DNA from: a virus
Virus record (IMG/VR): IMGVR_UViG_3300033978_000457
Coordinates: 1-64,000 of that record
Reading direction: 5' to 3' (one strand)
Length of the DNA: 64,000 bases
Below the pieces are notes generated by a model that ran no database searches, was not told the DNA's origin, and was given only the letters and a program-made list of their open reading frames with translations. This document shows positions 36,311 through 46,487 of the stretch, piece after piece. The first letter of the stretch is position 1; each line of letters begins with the position of its first letter. The translations under genes were made by a program, and so were the position numbers.

Positions 36311-38098
36311 TCAGCCTTCGCACGCTAGACACTCTTGCGTGTCTACTGGTTTACTAAAGTCAAAAGTATGTTTGACTGTAGATTTTGATAGTTTATCTGA
36401 TTGTCTTTCGGCTTCGGAACGAAGATAGTAAAGACTCTTAAGCCCTTTTTTCCATGCCAGCAAATGAACATAGTGTAGCTCTTGCTTGCTTACATTCGCT
36501 GGGAAGAATAGGTTTATAGACTGAGCCTGGCAGATAAATTCTTGTCTATCCGCAGCTAGTTCAACAAGCCATCTCTGGTCAATTTCCGAAGCTGTTTTAA
36601 ACACATCTTTTTCCCAATCAGATAGAAACTCAAGATGTTGAACAGAGCCTTTATTTTCTACGATAGAAGCCCATGTCTCATCTGTATTTTTGCCGTGGGC
36701 TTCCAGTACTTTTTCTAGATGTTTATTTTTGTGGGTATTTGTCCCACTCATTGTTTTTTGGTTGTAGGCGTTAGCAGCATACGGTTCCACGCCTGGAGAA
36801 GTGTTTCCACATATAATGCTGCTACTTGCATTGGGAGCAATGGCGAGAAGATGGGCATTACGTACGTTTTCGTAACCTTTTGCGTCTGGGCAGGGGCCTC
36901 TTTCGTCTGCGAGTTTTCTTGTTTCTGCATTTGCTTTTTCCTTTATATTAGAAAATATTTTCATATTTATAGATTTAGCCATTGGAGTTTCAATAGGAAT
37001 GTTCTTACTTTGTAGGTAAGAGTGAAAGCCCATTGCCCCTAGACCCAGTGATCTTTCTCGCATAGCGCTGTAAATCGCTTTGTAGAGTTGCTCAGGAGCG
37101 TTATCAATAAAGTGCTGTATAACATTGTCCAGCATACGAATAAGATCGCCAATAAAGTATTCATCATTCTTCCATTCGTCAAACTTTTCTACGTTGACGG
37201 AAGAAAGACAGCAAACGGCAGTTCTATTTGCGTCAGTTGCTAGAGTAATCTCTGTACACAGATTTGATTGACGAACTTTTAAACCTAGCTTACGCTGGTA
37301 GTCTGGTAGCGAGTCATTCATTGTATCGCCCCATACCATGTAGGGCTCGCCTGTTTCGGCGCGGTTTTGCAAGATTTTAATCCAAAGAGATTTGGCAGAT
37401 ACTGTTTTTGTTACTCTCTTGGATTTAGGGTCGATAAGCGCCCAAGAATCGTCAAACTCTTCACCTAAAGCTTTAGCTTGTGTGGCGCGTTCAATAATTC
37501 TCATAAACTTATCGGAAATTACTACGCCATGATGTAGGTTAAGACACGCACGGTTAATGTCACCAGTAGGTCTACGAATGTCTAGGAACTCTTCGATTTC
37601 AGGGTGTGAAATATCAAGATAGGCAGCGTTTGAGCCCCTACGTGTAACGCCCTGTGAGAACGCTAGCATTAGAGAGTCTGTAACTTTCATGAATGGCACT
37701 AGTCCGGTTGACTCCGACCCGCTGGAGGTTTTCTCTCCTGTCGATCTAATATCTCCCCAGTAAGTACCGATTCCTCCTCCCACTGATGAGAGGAAGGCGT
37801 CTTCCGTGAAAATTTCTGTAATACCCTTCCTATTGTCGTCAACATAATTAAGAAAACAAGAAATAGGGAGCCCACGAGAACTGCCACCGTTGCTAAGAAG
37901 AGGAGTAGCAAACATAAACCAATGTAAGCTAGCGTAGTCATAAAGTCTTTGAGCATGTTCCTCATTGTCGGCAAATGTCATCGCTGCTCGCGCAAATGCC
38001 TCTTGTGGCGATGTTTCGCCGGGCAGTAAGTATCTATCTCCTAGTGTTTTGATGCTGAACTCATCCAGCAAATCGTCTCTTTCGTAATTAATTCGCAC
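36311..38098 (-). CDS. nrdA: Ribonucleotide reductase class I alpha subunit (no ATP cone)
   Basis: ATPLLSN, PISCF, SNLCTEI, AVCCLSS, AIAPNASS, LYYLRS, C-terminal CLACEG. Confidence 0.95.
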   Translation of the reverse strand: MRINYERDDLLDEFSIKTLGDRYLLPGETSPQEAFARAAMTFADNEEHAQRLYDYASLHWFMFATPLLSNGGSSRGLPISCFLNYVDDNRKGITEIFTEDAFLSSVGGGIGTYWGDIRSTGEKTSSGSESTGLVPFMKVTDSLMLAFSQGVTRRGSNAAYLDISHPEIEEFLDIRRPTGDINRACLNLHHGVVISDKFMRIIERATQAKALGEEFDDSWALIDPKSKRVTKTVSAKSLWIKILQNRAETGEPYMVWGDTMNDSLPDYQRKLGLKVRQSNLCTEITLATDANRTAVCCLSSVNVEKFDEWKNDEYFIGDLIRMLDNVIQHFIDNAPEQLYKAIYSAMRERSLGLGAMGFHSYLQSKNIPIETPMAKSINMKIFSNIKEKANAETRKLADERGPCPDAKGYENVRNAHLLAIAPNASSSIICGNTSPGVEPYAANAYNQKTMSGTNTHKNKHLEKVLEAHGKNTDETWASIVENKGSVQHLEFLSDWEKDVFKTASEIDQRWLVELAADRQEFICQAQSINLFFPANVSKQELHYVHLLAWKKGLKSLYYLRSEAERQSDKLSKSTVKHTFDFSKPVDTQECLACEG

Positions 38099-38525
38099 TA
38101 TAATCCTTTATTAGCTTGCCACGAATGTGGTCTACTTCGTGAAGAAAACACCTGGCGTACAAGCCATCTAACTTAGTTTTTATCGTCTTGCCCTTAAGAT
38201 TTACGTAACTTGCATCAACTGTCTTAGGCCTAGACAATTTTATACGCTCCCCTGTGCAGGAGAGGCAGCCTTCTAACATAGCCTCTAACTCAAAAGATAG
38301 GTGCTCTACTTTAGGGTTTATCATATGAACATCCCCTACTATACATAAGGGCATATGAATACCAATTTGTACGGCCGCAATACCCAGCCCCTTTTCTTCT
38401 TTCATAACTTTTTCCATTATAGAAAAGGCTATGTCTATGCTATCTCGATAATCGTGAAACCGTATAGGTTTACTATGATCTACTTTAAGCCTAGGGTCAG
38501 GGTAGGTTACTAGAGAATATGCCAT
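38088..38525 (-). CDS. def: Peptide deformylase (short, phage type)
   Basis: GLGIAAVQIG, EGCLS, HEVDH. Confidence 0.92.
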   Translation of the reverse strand: MAYSLVTYPDPRLKVDHSKPIRFHDYRDSIDIAFSIMEKVMKEEKGLGIAAVQIGIHMPLCIVGDVHMINPKVEHLSFELEAMLEGCLSCTGERIKLSRPKTVDASYVNLKGKTIKTKLDGLYARCFLHEVDHIRGKLIKDYSAN

Positions 38526-39342
38526 TTAATTGTGCTTTCAGCGCGGGGAGTTGCTCCCCAATAGCGTCTACGTGAAAAGACCTGAGATCCATAAGTTCAT
38601 AAGATAGAAGCATAGAATCTTTTGACTTATTTAGATTTTGAATATACGCTGCTTTACCGGGCAGGGGCAGAGCTTCGATAAGATCAAATACCGTACCGTA
38701 TTCTGCAATAAGTTTAGCAGCACGAACTGGTCCTACTCCATCCACTCCTGGAACGTCATCACCCTTGTCTCCAACAAGTGTCTTGAGATGTATATAGTCG
38801 TCGGGGCCTACGGGATGTTCCCATGTATCCACGGTAATTTCTTTGCGCGTAACCGTGGAAAAACGGGATACGTCTTCTTCGATGAGAAGGTCCCAGTCTG
38901 CGTCGGAGGAAATAAGCCAGATGGAATTGATGTCGAGATTATATTTGTTTTCTACGATGAACGCAGCAATATCATCAGCTTCAACTCCTGGGTATCGAAC
39001 AAGTGGGATATTACCAAGCTCAGAAAGTGTTCGCTCATAATAGCCGAAAAATTCTTGAGCAGCTTTTTTCTCTGCTTCAGTTTCTTTCTCGTATTTAAGC
39101 TTTCTAGAGCCTTTGTAGCCGGGGTGCTTTTCTTTACGCCACTTAGAACCCCCTGGACCGTCAGCAACCACCAATATTCGACCGCACTCGTAAGATTTAG
39201 CTAGCGAGCGGACTGTGTCAAGGAACCCGTCTGGCATATCGGAAGGACGTGAGGCATGTTTCCACCTAAAAGCTAAGTTAAGAGCGTCTACGATTAGTAC
39301 GTTCTTGGGGTCGCGAGGCTCTGACTCGAAGTTTTTAGCCAT
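38497..39342 (-). CDS. 5'-3' flap endonuclease (T5 D15-like)
   Basis: IVDALNLAFR, YKGSR, GVEADD, SSDADW, LVGDKGDDVPGVDGVG. Confidence 0.92.
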   Translation of the reverse strand: MAKNFESEPRDPKNVLIVDALNLAFRWKHASRPSDMPDGFLDTVRSLAKSYECGRILVVADGPGGSKWRKEKHPGYKGSRKLKYEKETEAEKKAAQEFFGYYERTLSELGNIPLVRYPGVEADDIAAFIVENKYNLDINSIWLISSDADWDLLIEEDVSRFSTVTRKEITVDTWEHPVGPDDYIHLKTLVGDKGDDVPGVDGVGPVRAAKLIAEYGTVFDLIEALPLPGKAAYIQNLNKSKDSMLLSYELMDLRSFHVDAIGEQLPALKAQLNGIFSSNLP

Positions 39343-39769
39343 AGTGTTTCCATTCTTTTTGTAACCATTCTTCACCAAGCATAGTATAGCACCCTTTTGC
39401 CTTCCAATGCAAGTAGTTTATTACGGTTCTCGGTTCGCGATCTACAGTAACAAACCATTTAGACCTGTCGTACTTGAAAAACAGTATAGGGGTAGCTGGC
39501 ACTTGGCTAGCTTGATGAACCAACTTAGTCCACCACTGGTTTAAATTGTTAGTTGTGTTGGTTAGTATTTTGTCCGATAAAGGACTTTCTTTATAGTTCT
39601 TAACCTCAATAATATACCTAGGTTTTTCATTAGGTATATACAGATCGCCTTTTTGGTACTCAAGAGCCCCAGAAGCAGGGGTTCGTTCCCACTGCATTCC
39701 GGTGTGCTCTCTCATCATATCTCTTACCGCGTACTCTCCTCTAGCGCCTTTAGCGCGTGCATCAACCAT
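39335..39769 (-). CDS. T5 D14-like PD-(D/E)xK nuclease/resolvase
   Basis: RAKGARGE, RTPASGA, KGDL...IEVK. Confidence 0.8.
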   Translation of the reverse strand: MVDARAKGARGEYAVRDMMREHTGMQWERTPASGALEYQKGDLYIPNEKPRYIIEVKNYKESPLSDKILTNTTNNLNQWWTKLVHQASQVPATPILFFKYDRSKWFVTVDREPRTVINYLHWKAKGCYTMLGEEWLQKEWKHYG

Positions 39770-41549
39770 TGTTCAACCTTGACTCTCCGTCTTCTTTCGT
39801 AACGGTAATCTTTTGGAGCAAGGGGTGAGACCAACCATGCGATACTAAGAATGTATTCAAGCCCTCTTCCTGTAGTAATACCTCTACTAATCGATCTTTC
39901 CCATACTCATCAAGTACGTTCATTACCTCGTCTAGAAATAATATGTTTACTTGAGTTTTAGATATGGAATTCATTAATTTTCTAATTGCTAATAGCGTAG
40001 CTGTATTAACGCGGGCAAGTTCTCCACTAGATAAGGCTGCTACTTCGATCTCTGCTCCGTCATCGGTTAAACTTACGTTTAACTTGTCCGAAGTTATTGA
40101 GAATTGTAGGGTAAATCTTCCATCAGAAAGCTCACCTAAGTAATTGTTCGTGACATTCTCTAAGTCCTTCACGAGGTTTTCTAATTTGTAGGCTACCAAC
40201 CCATTGGTCGAAAACGCTTTTTTCAAAATTTCTAATAAACCGAGTTCGGTGTTTGCTGTTTTTAAGCGCTGTTGTACCTTGGCCAGCTCTTCTCTATGCT
40301 CGTTTAATTGTTCAAGAATGACCGAAATTCGTGCATTGTGCTTCTCGGCTTCCATATTATTTTGGATCGCTGCATCGTAAATTTTCTTGTTTCGACCAAG
40401 TTCCGCTTCCATTAATATAATGCGCTGGTTAATCTCGTCAACATCTTCTAGCGTCTTGGTAAGAGTCCTGTCCACTTTTGTGTATAGAGACTCCCATTCA
40501 TTCTGCTTATTCTTGGCGTCGGCTATGAGATTATTCATATTAGTAACTTCTGCTAGCTTAGCAGTTAGTTGCTCTTTTTTAACCCTAGCAGTCTCTAGGC
40601 CGTCTAAAGTTATTGACCTGATCTCTGCTACTTCGATTTTGTTTATATGCTGTAAACACGTAGGACATTTATCATCTAGAGAATCTAGTTTTGCGATTAA
40701 AGCTTTGCGACTTTTAATTTCAAACTCTAACCCACCTAGCTCGGTGTTGATACTAGAAGTATCCTCTTTTATTTGTCCTACTAAAGTTTTGTCGAAAGAT
40801 ATGCTTTTTAGTATCTCTGTTAGCTTGTTATTGGACTCTATCTTTTTATTGGTTTCCTTGGCTCTATTGATTCTGTCTTTTAGACTCCAAAGTTCCTCAT
40901 TTGCTGGAACTTCAGGTACTAGCATCATATCTTTTTTGTCTGGTAGATTTTCATTCTTCTTTATCCAGCTAGATAGGGAATTAATTTGACCCTCTATACG
41001 TGCTACAGCTGTTACTGTTTCGGATACAATTTCCTTAAACATAGCATGATAAGAATCATATTCATTTAACCCAAATAGATCAATAAGAAACTTTTTTCTA
41101 TTGGTATCTGTTGCAGTTAAAAATGATAGCCCCTCTGTAGTGCTTTGGTATATAAGGGGTACGAATGTTTTAAAATCCATACCTATTAAAGATTCAATAG
41201 TTTTAAAAGTTTCTGTAGCTGTGTGGGAGCTTATGTCTTCTCCATTCTCAGTCAGTTTAACTTTCAGTGTACCTTTACGTGTTATCTGAATTACATAGTG
41301 CTTACCGTTTAAGGTAAAAGGTAGCTTAATCCAATACGAACCATCTCCTAGCCTATTAGGTATGTCTGCTTTCTTAATACCTTTTGAGTTTTTATTAAAG
41401 AAAGCTTCCTGAATGATTAAGGCAATAGAAGACTTGCCTGCTCCATTCTCGCCCAATAGTTGGGTAATATTGCTTCCGTTTAGTTTAATAGAGTTGTTGT
41501 CCCCGTAGCTGAAAGCGCCACCCCAACTAACTTCTTCCATGATAAGCAT
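39762..41549 (-). CDS. SbcC/Rad50-like ATPase (T5 D13)
   Basis: GENGAGKSS, CPTC hook, LSSGE, LFLDE. Confidence 0.92.
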   Translation of the reverse strand: MLIMEEVSWGGAFSYGDNNSIKLNGSNITQLLGENGAGKSSIALIIQEAFFNKNSKGIKKADIPNRLGDGSYWIKLPFTLNGKHYVIQITRKGTLKVKLTENGEDISSHTATETFKTIESLIGMDFKTFVPLIYQSTTEGLSFLTATDTNRKKFLIDLFGLNEYDSYHAMFKEIVSETVTAVARIEGQINSLSSWIKKNENLPDKKDMMLVPEVPANEELWSLKDRINRAKETNKKIESNNKLTEILKSISFDKTLVGQIKEDTSSINTELGGLEFEIKSRKALIAKLDSLDDKCPTCLQHINKIEVAEIRSITLDGLETARVKKEQLTAKLAEVTNMNNLIADAKNKQNEWESLYTKVDRTLTKTLEDVDEINQRIILMEAELGRNKKIYDAAIQNNMEAEKHNARISVILEQLNEHREELAKVQQRLKTANTELGLLEILKKAFSTNGLVAYKLENLVKDLENVTNNYLGELSDGRFTLQFSITSDKLNVSLTDDGAEIEVAALSSGELARVNTATLLAIRKLMNSISKTQVNILFLDEVMNVLDEYGKDRLVEVLLQEEGLNTFLVSHGWSHPLLQKITVTKEDGESRLNNG

Positions 41550-42468
41550 TGAAAATCTCCAAAACAGCGCTTCTTGTATCAGCAGGTAGTTTTAAGACTT
41601 CTTCCAGATATATGTCTAATTCTTCTGGTATAGTCTTATCCATTAGATTGATAGTTACTTCTGTATTTCTCTTAACTATCTTTTTGTCTAATAGGTCTGA
41701 ATGTTCTACTGTACTTAATTGCTGGAGGTCGCCCTCTATTTCATAAATTGTGTGGTCATACTTAGTTGGAATCATCTCTTCCGAACTAGATACTGTTTTT
41801 CTTATTAACTGTGGCAGATCAAATTTATGCCAAGTCCATTTTGTTAGATCATCTTCATCTATAAGTATGTACCCTGTTTCCACGTTATTTCTATGGAAAC
41901 TTGTAGTCATTGGGCTGCCGGGGTAAACAATATTACGCTGACTATTGCTATGACTATGCAAATCCCCCGCGTATACAATAGGAAATCTTGCGAATTTTTC
42001 AAGGTCCACCTCTGGTTTGACATGGGGAGGAATCTCACCTCTTACGTGGGTAAAAATAGCGTGTTCTGGCAAAGCTTCAATCGCACCTTTTTTATGTAAA
42101 TCTTCATAAGGTAAAATACTAAATCGATTGTACGGATCAGTATATGTACCTATTAGTACCTTTACTTTAGGATTTAAAGCGCTAACTACATCTACTAAAG
42201 AAGAAAAGAAAGTCTCATTCTTCTTAGTGGCTTCATGGTTGCCAGAATAACATATAGTTTCTTCGGTACATTGTTGAACAAATTTAAAGAATATACCAAG
42301 TTCTGCTAATGAAGGTAATTTATCGAAAATATCTCCACCTACAATATGCAGGGAGTGTGGTATTTTTGTGAGCTGTTCTAGAAATAAATTATACCTATTG
42401 ACTGCCCAGTCAACAGGTACATTTTTTTGCCCTAATTTTATGTGTATATCGGCAGTAAATAATATCAT
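41527..42468 (-). CDS. SbcD/Mre11-like nuclease (T5 D12)
   Basis: ADIH, GGDIFD, GNHE, GDLH, YPGSP. Confidence 0.92.
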   Translation of the reverse strand: MILFTADIHIKLGQKNVPVDWAVNRYNLFLEQLTKIPHSLHIVGGDIFDKLPSLAELGIFFKFVQQCTEETICYSGNHEATKKNETFFSSLVDVVSALNPKVKVLIGTYTDPYNRFSILPYEDLHKKGAIEALPEHAIFTHVRGEIPPHVKPEVDLEKFARFPIVYAGDLHSHSNSQRNIVYPGSPMTTSFHRNNVETGYILIDEDDLTKWTWHKFDLPQLIRKTVSSSEEMIPTKYDHTIYEIEGDLQQLSTVEHSDLLDKKIVKRNTEVTINLMDKTIPEELDIYLEEVLKLPADTRSAVLEIFNAYHGRS

Positions 42469-42483
42469 GGTACCCTTAGGTTA

Positions 42484-42513
42484 GAAAAGGCGGGCCCGAA
42501 AGCCCGCCTCTCT
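42484..42513 (-). terminator. Intrinsic terminator after D11
   Basis: Minus strand AGGCGGGC-TTTCGG-GCCCGCCT-TTTCT. Confidence 0.75.
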
Positions 42514-42515
42514 GT

Positions 42516-43166
42516 TTAGCTAAAATCAGCCGGGATCTCGTCATCCACAGCTTCGCCGGCTTTACCAGTCGGAGCGCCTGCACGAAGATTATCAAGGTAC
42601 TTCTTGATATCTTCCGGAGGGGCACGCTTGAGAACTTCATCAATAGTAGGATGAGTTTCAAACATAGCTGCAATCTCAGCAGCTAGCGGGCCTTTGCTCT
42701 TGCTGCACTTCATTTGCTGAAGTGTGTATTCTACGTTGAACACCTTGGGGCCTGTTTTCGCTTTTGTGAAAACAATTTCCCAGCCGTCTTTGATGCTGCC
42801 GGGGTCGCCTAGGTCTTCTACAAGACTTACGATAGTATTGAAAAGTTTCTTCTTGTGGTTGAAAATCAAGACCTTAGTTGGGTCTTTCATATCTACACAA
42901 AGGCTTGCGTAAGCCCAGTCAGCCTTAATATCGGGGTAGTATTCTTTAACATGGTCTTTCTCCTTATTATCGAACTTCTCCGTGTCACGATTGAACGCCA
43001 GACACTCTACAGGCGATTTCGCCCCGTCCGCGTTAGGAATCCAATAGATATAACGGCCTAGAACGCCTCCAACAATACGGATACGGTTTTCACCGTCTCT
43101 CATTTTGTAGCTTGGTACTTTCTCGCGCTCTGCTTCGCCTTTTACTGTATTAAATGATAGTGCCAT
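42516..43166 (-). CDS. ssDNA-binding protein (T5 D11-like)
   Basis: GENRIRIVG...YIYW, KTGPKVFNVEY, acidic tail; synteny. Confidence 0.8.
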   Translation of the reverse strand: MALSFNTVKGEAEREKVPSYKMRDGENRIRIVGGVLGRYIYWIPNADGAKSPVECLAFNRDTEKFDNKEKDHVKEYYPDIKADWAYASLCVDMKDPTKVLIFNHKKKLFNTIVSLVEDLGDPGSIKDGWEIVFTKAKTGPKVFNVEYTLQQMKCSKSKGPLAAEIAAMFETHPTIDEVLKRAPPEDIKKYLDNLRAGAPTGKAGEAVDDEIPADFS

Positions 43167-43170
43167 TGTT

Positions 43171-43548
43171 TTATCCTTGTTCGTACATAAAGTGTACTGC
43201 TGTATTGGTTATTGTTAATAGTTGGTTTTTTTCGGGTATAAAAGGTGCTAACCTAATATCCAGGGTAGTTTCTTTAGTCAATAGATATTCAGCTAATGAT
43301 CGTCTACTAGCTAGCGCGATGTACTCTACTATTTCTTTTATAGGTATTTCATATTTTTTTACTAGCAGCTTTTCAGGTTCTAATAAAAAAGATAGTCCGT
43401 CAAAATCTTTCCAATAATATGGATTTAATCTTTTCTGTTGTCGTGTGGGCATACCCGTAGGCCAAGTAATAGCAGACATAATCTTAATGATTTCAGTGCT
43501 ATTGCCTTCGGAAAGCTTTTTTACTCTTGACCAGTCGAATTGAATCAT
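43171..43548 (-). CDS. T5-like conserved hypothetical protein
   Basis: MIQFDW...EYIALASRR; between D10 and D11. Confidence 0.6.
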   Translation of the reverse strand: MIQFDWSRVKKLSEGNSTEIIKIMSAITWPTGMPTRQQKRLNPYYWKDFDGLSFLLEPEKLLVKKYEIPIKEIVEYIALASRRSLAEYLLTKETTLDIRLAPFIPEKNQLLTITNTAVHFMYEQG

Positions 43549-43549
43549 A

Positions 43550-43590
43550 AGTATAGCACAGCCTCTCGACAAAGTCAAGGTTAATTTTTT
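43550..43590 (-). promoter_or_regulatory. Sigma70-type promoter
   Basis: A-tract, TTGACT (43578-43573), 17 bp, TG-C-TATACT (43555-43550). Confidence 0.8.
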
Positions 43591-44866
43591 AGAGGTCTAT
43601 AACCTCATAACCAGCTCTCATAAAATAGCCTTTCATGAGTTGTTGCTGCTTCTCTACAGTTTTTCCTATTAAAAGCGGCATCACTACAACTGGGTTTATC
43701 TTACCTTCTTGCTTTCGAATCACGCGCCCTATTAACTGATCCAGTAATGGTTCGTTATTAATAGGGGTGGCAATTATCAGGCAACTTAAGTAATTTTCTG
43801 ACACACCCTCCGCAAAAATACTCAAGCTACCATATAGGACGCTATGTGAGCCGTCTCGCATTTTCTCAAGTTGTTTGCCCCTATCTTTTGTAGTGCCGGT
43901 AATAAGCACACTTTTAGGGGTTATATCGTGGGCTCTTTCTACCAACTTAGTTCTGTTTGAAAGAACTAATACTTTGTGCCCTTTAGCAACGTAACTTGCC
44001 GCCATCAGAGCTATTGTTCGTTGGTAGACTTCGTTATCGGCTAGATCATTTATCTTTACAGCCCAAGGCTGTTCTCCGTCTGCTACTCGTATAGGAAGTT
44101 TTACTCGATGAATAGTTGGCACCATTCTATTCTCTTCTTCAGGTTTGAATACTTTCTTACTGAAGTAGTCTGGGAATAGTACGTGCAGACCATCTTTACG
44201 CTTTGCCGAAGCAGACAACCCTATCTTGTAAAAGGCATGACTTGCATCAATAAGAGCAGAAAAAGTCCTAGAAGGAATATGGTGGCACTCGTCCACAATA
44301 ATAGTGCCGAATGACTTATTAATCTTATCCCCAGCAACTCTATAAAGAGTTTGTATGTTACCAATACTAATAGGCATATTGATATTAAAACGACCACTAC
44401 CAATAATGCTAGGAGTAAATCCATATACTTTTTCGCATTCAGCTATCCACTGATCTCGCAGAGCAAGAGTATGCACTATAACTAGTGTTCTCTGCTCTAG
44501 CTTGCCCGCAATTTTTAGTCCTGTAAAAGTTTTCCCCCAACTTGTATTAGCGTTAATAAAACAGTCAGAAGCTACGTGATCGTGTACAGCGGCTTGATTT
44601 GGTCTCAGATCCCATAGAAAAGGCGGGAAGTCAACAAAATCTAGATAGCGTCTATTAACAATCTCGTAGTCTTCTGGTATTAGGTCCATTCTACCGCTAG
44701 GTATGGACATTAGTCCATCTTTTATTATCCTAGCATTAGTTAGTATTTTAGGGGGTAGATCATCTCTGTACTGGGGTATCTTATAAGTAAGGGAACGCAG
44801 TAAGTGGCTTTGAAGCTCTGGATTAACTTCTAGGAATATTCTATTTGTTAAAACTGCTTTTGCCAT
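43589..44866 (-). CDS. SF2 helicase (T5 D10/UvsW-like)
   Basis: TSWGKT, VDECHH, GLSAS, QLIGRVIR. Confidence 0.9.
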   Translation of the reverse strand: MAKAVLTNRIFLEVNPELQSHLLRSLTYKIPQYRDDLPPKILTNARIIKDGLMSIPSGRMDLIPEDYEIVNRRYLDFVDFPPFLWDLRPNQAAVHDHVASDCFINANTSWGKTFTGLKIAGKLEQRTLVIVHTLALRDQWIAECEKVYGFTPSIIGSGRFNINMPISIGNIQTLYRVAGDKINKSFGTIIVDECHHIPSRTFSALIDASHAFYKIGLSASAKRKDGLHVLFPDYFSKKVFKPEEENRMVPTIHRVKLPIRVADGEQPWAVKINDLADNEVYQRTIALMAASYVAKGHKVLVLSNRTKLVERAHDITPKSVLITGTTKDRGKQLEKMRDGSHSVLYGSLSIFAEGVSENYLSCLIIATPINNEPLLDQLIGRVIRKQEGKINPVVVMPLLIGKTVEKQQQLMKGYFMRAGYEVIDL

Positions 44867-44870
44867 GATG

Positions 44871-45356
44871 TTACGTATAAAATACGTGGTCTCCTATAAC
44901 GACTGTTTTTTCTTTTCCCCACTTGGGAGAGACGTAGTCAGCGTGGTAATATTTAGCACCGAGGGTAACATCAGTAGGATTTTCTAAAATTGCAATTGCA
45001 ACGTAGGTTGCAAGCTGGATTGCTTTTTCTTCCTTCATAATGTCTTTTTTACCGTCGCAGAACCAAGAGAACTGACAACCATTTTTATTTTTTTGCTTTA
45101 TTACTTGGCATATATCATCAGGAAATTGAGGGTCCTTTGTACGATTTAGAACAACTTCCGCTACCGCAAATTGACCCTCAATAGGTTGATTTCTAGCCTC
45201 GAAGTATATGTTTTGTGTTAGACACTCTATATCTTCTTCTTTATACTGTGGCTCCGTTACTGTAGGAGGAGCTATCTGCTCTTTTACAAACGCATAGTTT
45301 GGCGTCCCCGAGCATGCCGCTAACAGTAATAGGAGTATCAGGCTTAATGTTTTCAT
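44871..45356 (-). CDS. SleB-like cell wall hydrolase with lipoprotein signal
   Basis: CLTQNIYFEARNQ...AVAEVVLNR...CQFSW...GAKYYHA...IGDHVFY; N-terminal MKTLSLILLLLLAAC. Confidence 0.88.
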   Translation of the reverse strand: MKTLSLILLLLLAACSGTPNYAFVKEQIAPPTVTEPQYKEEDIECLTQNIYFEARNQPIEGQFAVAEVVLNRTKDPQFPDDICQVIKQKNKNGCQFSWFCDGKKDIMKEEKAIQLATYVAIAILENPTDVTLGAKYYHADYVSPKWGKEKTVVIGDHVFYT

Positions 45357-45996
45357 TGATTTTATGTTTTTCCGTTAGGTAGCGCTTTACAAGCTCACTT
45401 CTAACTATATCTTCAACTCCAAACTCTACTACATCGAACAGGTCTGGCATTTTTTGAAGAATATTCATAAAAGGCTTTAAACCATTAGTTACTAAGTCGG
45501 CCTGCCCGGCGTCTCCGCTAAAAGCAATATTACAATTCTTACCAAGTCTAGTAATAATGGAGTCTAACTCGTGGAAGCTCATGTTTTGAAACTCGTCCAC
45601 TATCAGAAAAGAATTTTCTGTGTTAATTCCTCTTATGAATGAGGTTGATACGAACTCTACTTTTTTCTGTCTTTTAAGCATAGCATACGCGTCGTCTCTT
45701 TGGTATAGTTGCGATGCTAAATCCATATAAGGTGCTTCATATACTTTAGTTTTATCTGAAGCCGATCCTGGTAGGAACCCTATATTTCTCGTAGGCACAG
45801 CGCTACGCATAATAATAACTTTTTCTTTCCGCTGGGCTTGTACTTCTACTAAGGCTCTATATAGAACTAGTAGAGTTTTTCCAGTGCCGGCAGCCCCATG
45901 GACTACTAAGTTTTTATTTGAGGCTAAAACCTCTTTTTGCCTTGGATTCAAGGCTTTAATGCGAGATAACTGTAAGTTACCATTTGGTGAACTCAT
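45241..45996 (-). CDS. phoH: PhoH-like ATPase
   Basis: GAAGTGKT, RSAVPTRNIGFLPG, VDEFQN, SGDAGQAD, DIVRS. Confidence 0.92.
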   Translation of the reverse strand: MSSPNGNLQLSRIKALNPRQKEVLASNKNLVVHGAAGTGKTLLVLYRALVEVQAQRKEKVIIMRSAVPTRNIGFLPGSASDKTKVYEAPYMDLASQLYQRDDAYAMLKRQKKVEFVSTSFIRGINTENSFLIVDEFQNMSFHELDSIITRLGKNCNIAFSGDAGQADLVTNGLKPFMNILQKMPDLFDVVEFGVEDIVRSELVKRYLTEKHKINENIKPDTPITVSGMLGDAKLCVCKRADSSSYSNGATV

Positions 45997-46487
45997 TATA
46001 CTTTCTTCCGGGTTGGTTTTTCCCATTCGTACATTATATTATATAACTTCCAAGGAAGGCCTTTATAATACAACATCTGGGCAAATGACCCGACTGGGGG
46101 TCTACTAACTAATACTGGAAAGTTTATTCCTTCCAAAATTATCAACGAGTAGAAGTCTTTGTAGATAATATTGTCTATCTTGTGACAGACAAGTTCCTGC
46201 ATCGACGTTCGTCTATAGTTAAATACAGACCCTAGGTTATCTATGTACCAGGACTTGGTACTAGCGGTGTCTTTAATAAGCTCTATAACATCTCCGCGGT
46301 GTTTTGAGAGCCTATACATTGGGTGAGGGCTAAGTAGTCTTCTAGCCCCCAGGGTAGCTACGGAGATGTTTCTATCGTCTACTATATTCCCGCCTACAAA
46401 GGTTAAACCATCAACCGTTAGGGGTTCTTGGTCTACTTTCCAGACGGGATAGTTGACTTTATGCAGCGATCTTATCGTCCTCTCCAA
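45996..46487 (-). CDS. T5-like hypothetical protein downstream of polymerase
   Basis: Probable TTG start at 46487 after GAGGAG; IVDDRN...LGARRL. Confidence 0.6.
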   Translation of the reverse strand: MERTIRSLHKVNYPVWKVDQEPLTVDGLTFVGGNIVDDRNISVATLGARRLLSPHPMYRLSKHRGDVIELIKDTASTKSWYIDNLGSVFNYRRTSMQELVCHKIDNIIYKDFYSLIILEGINFPVLVSRPPVGSFAQMLYYKGLPWKLYNIMYEWEKPTRKKV

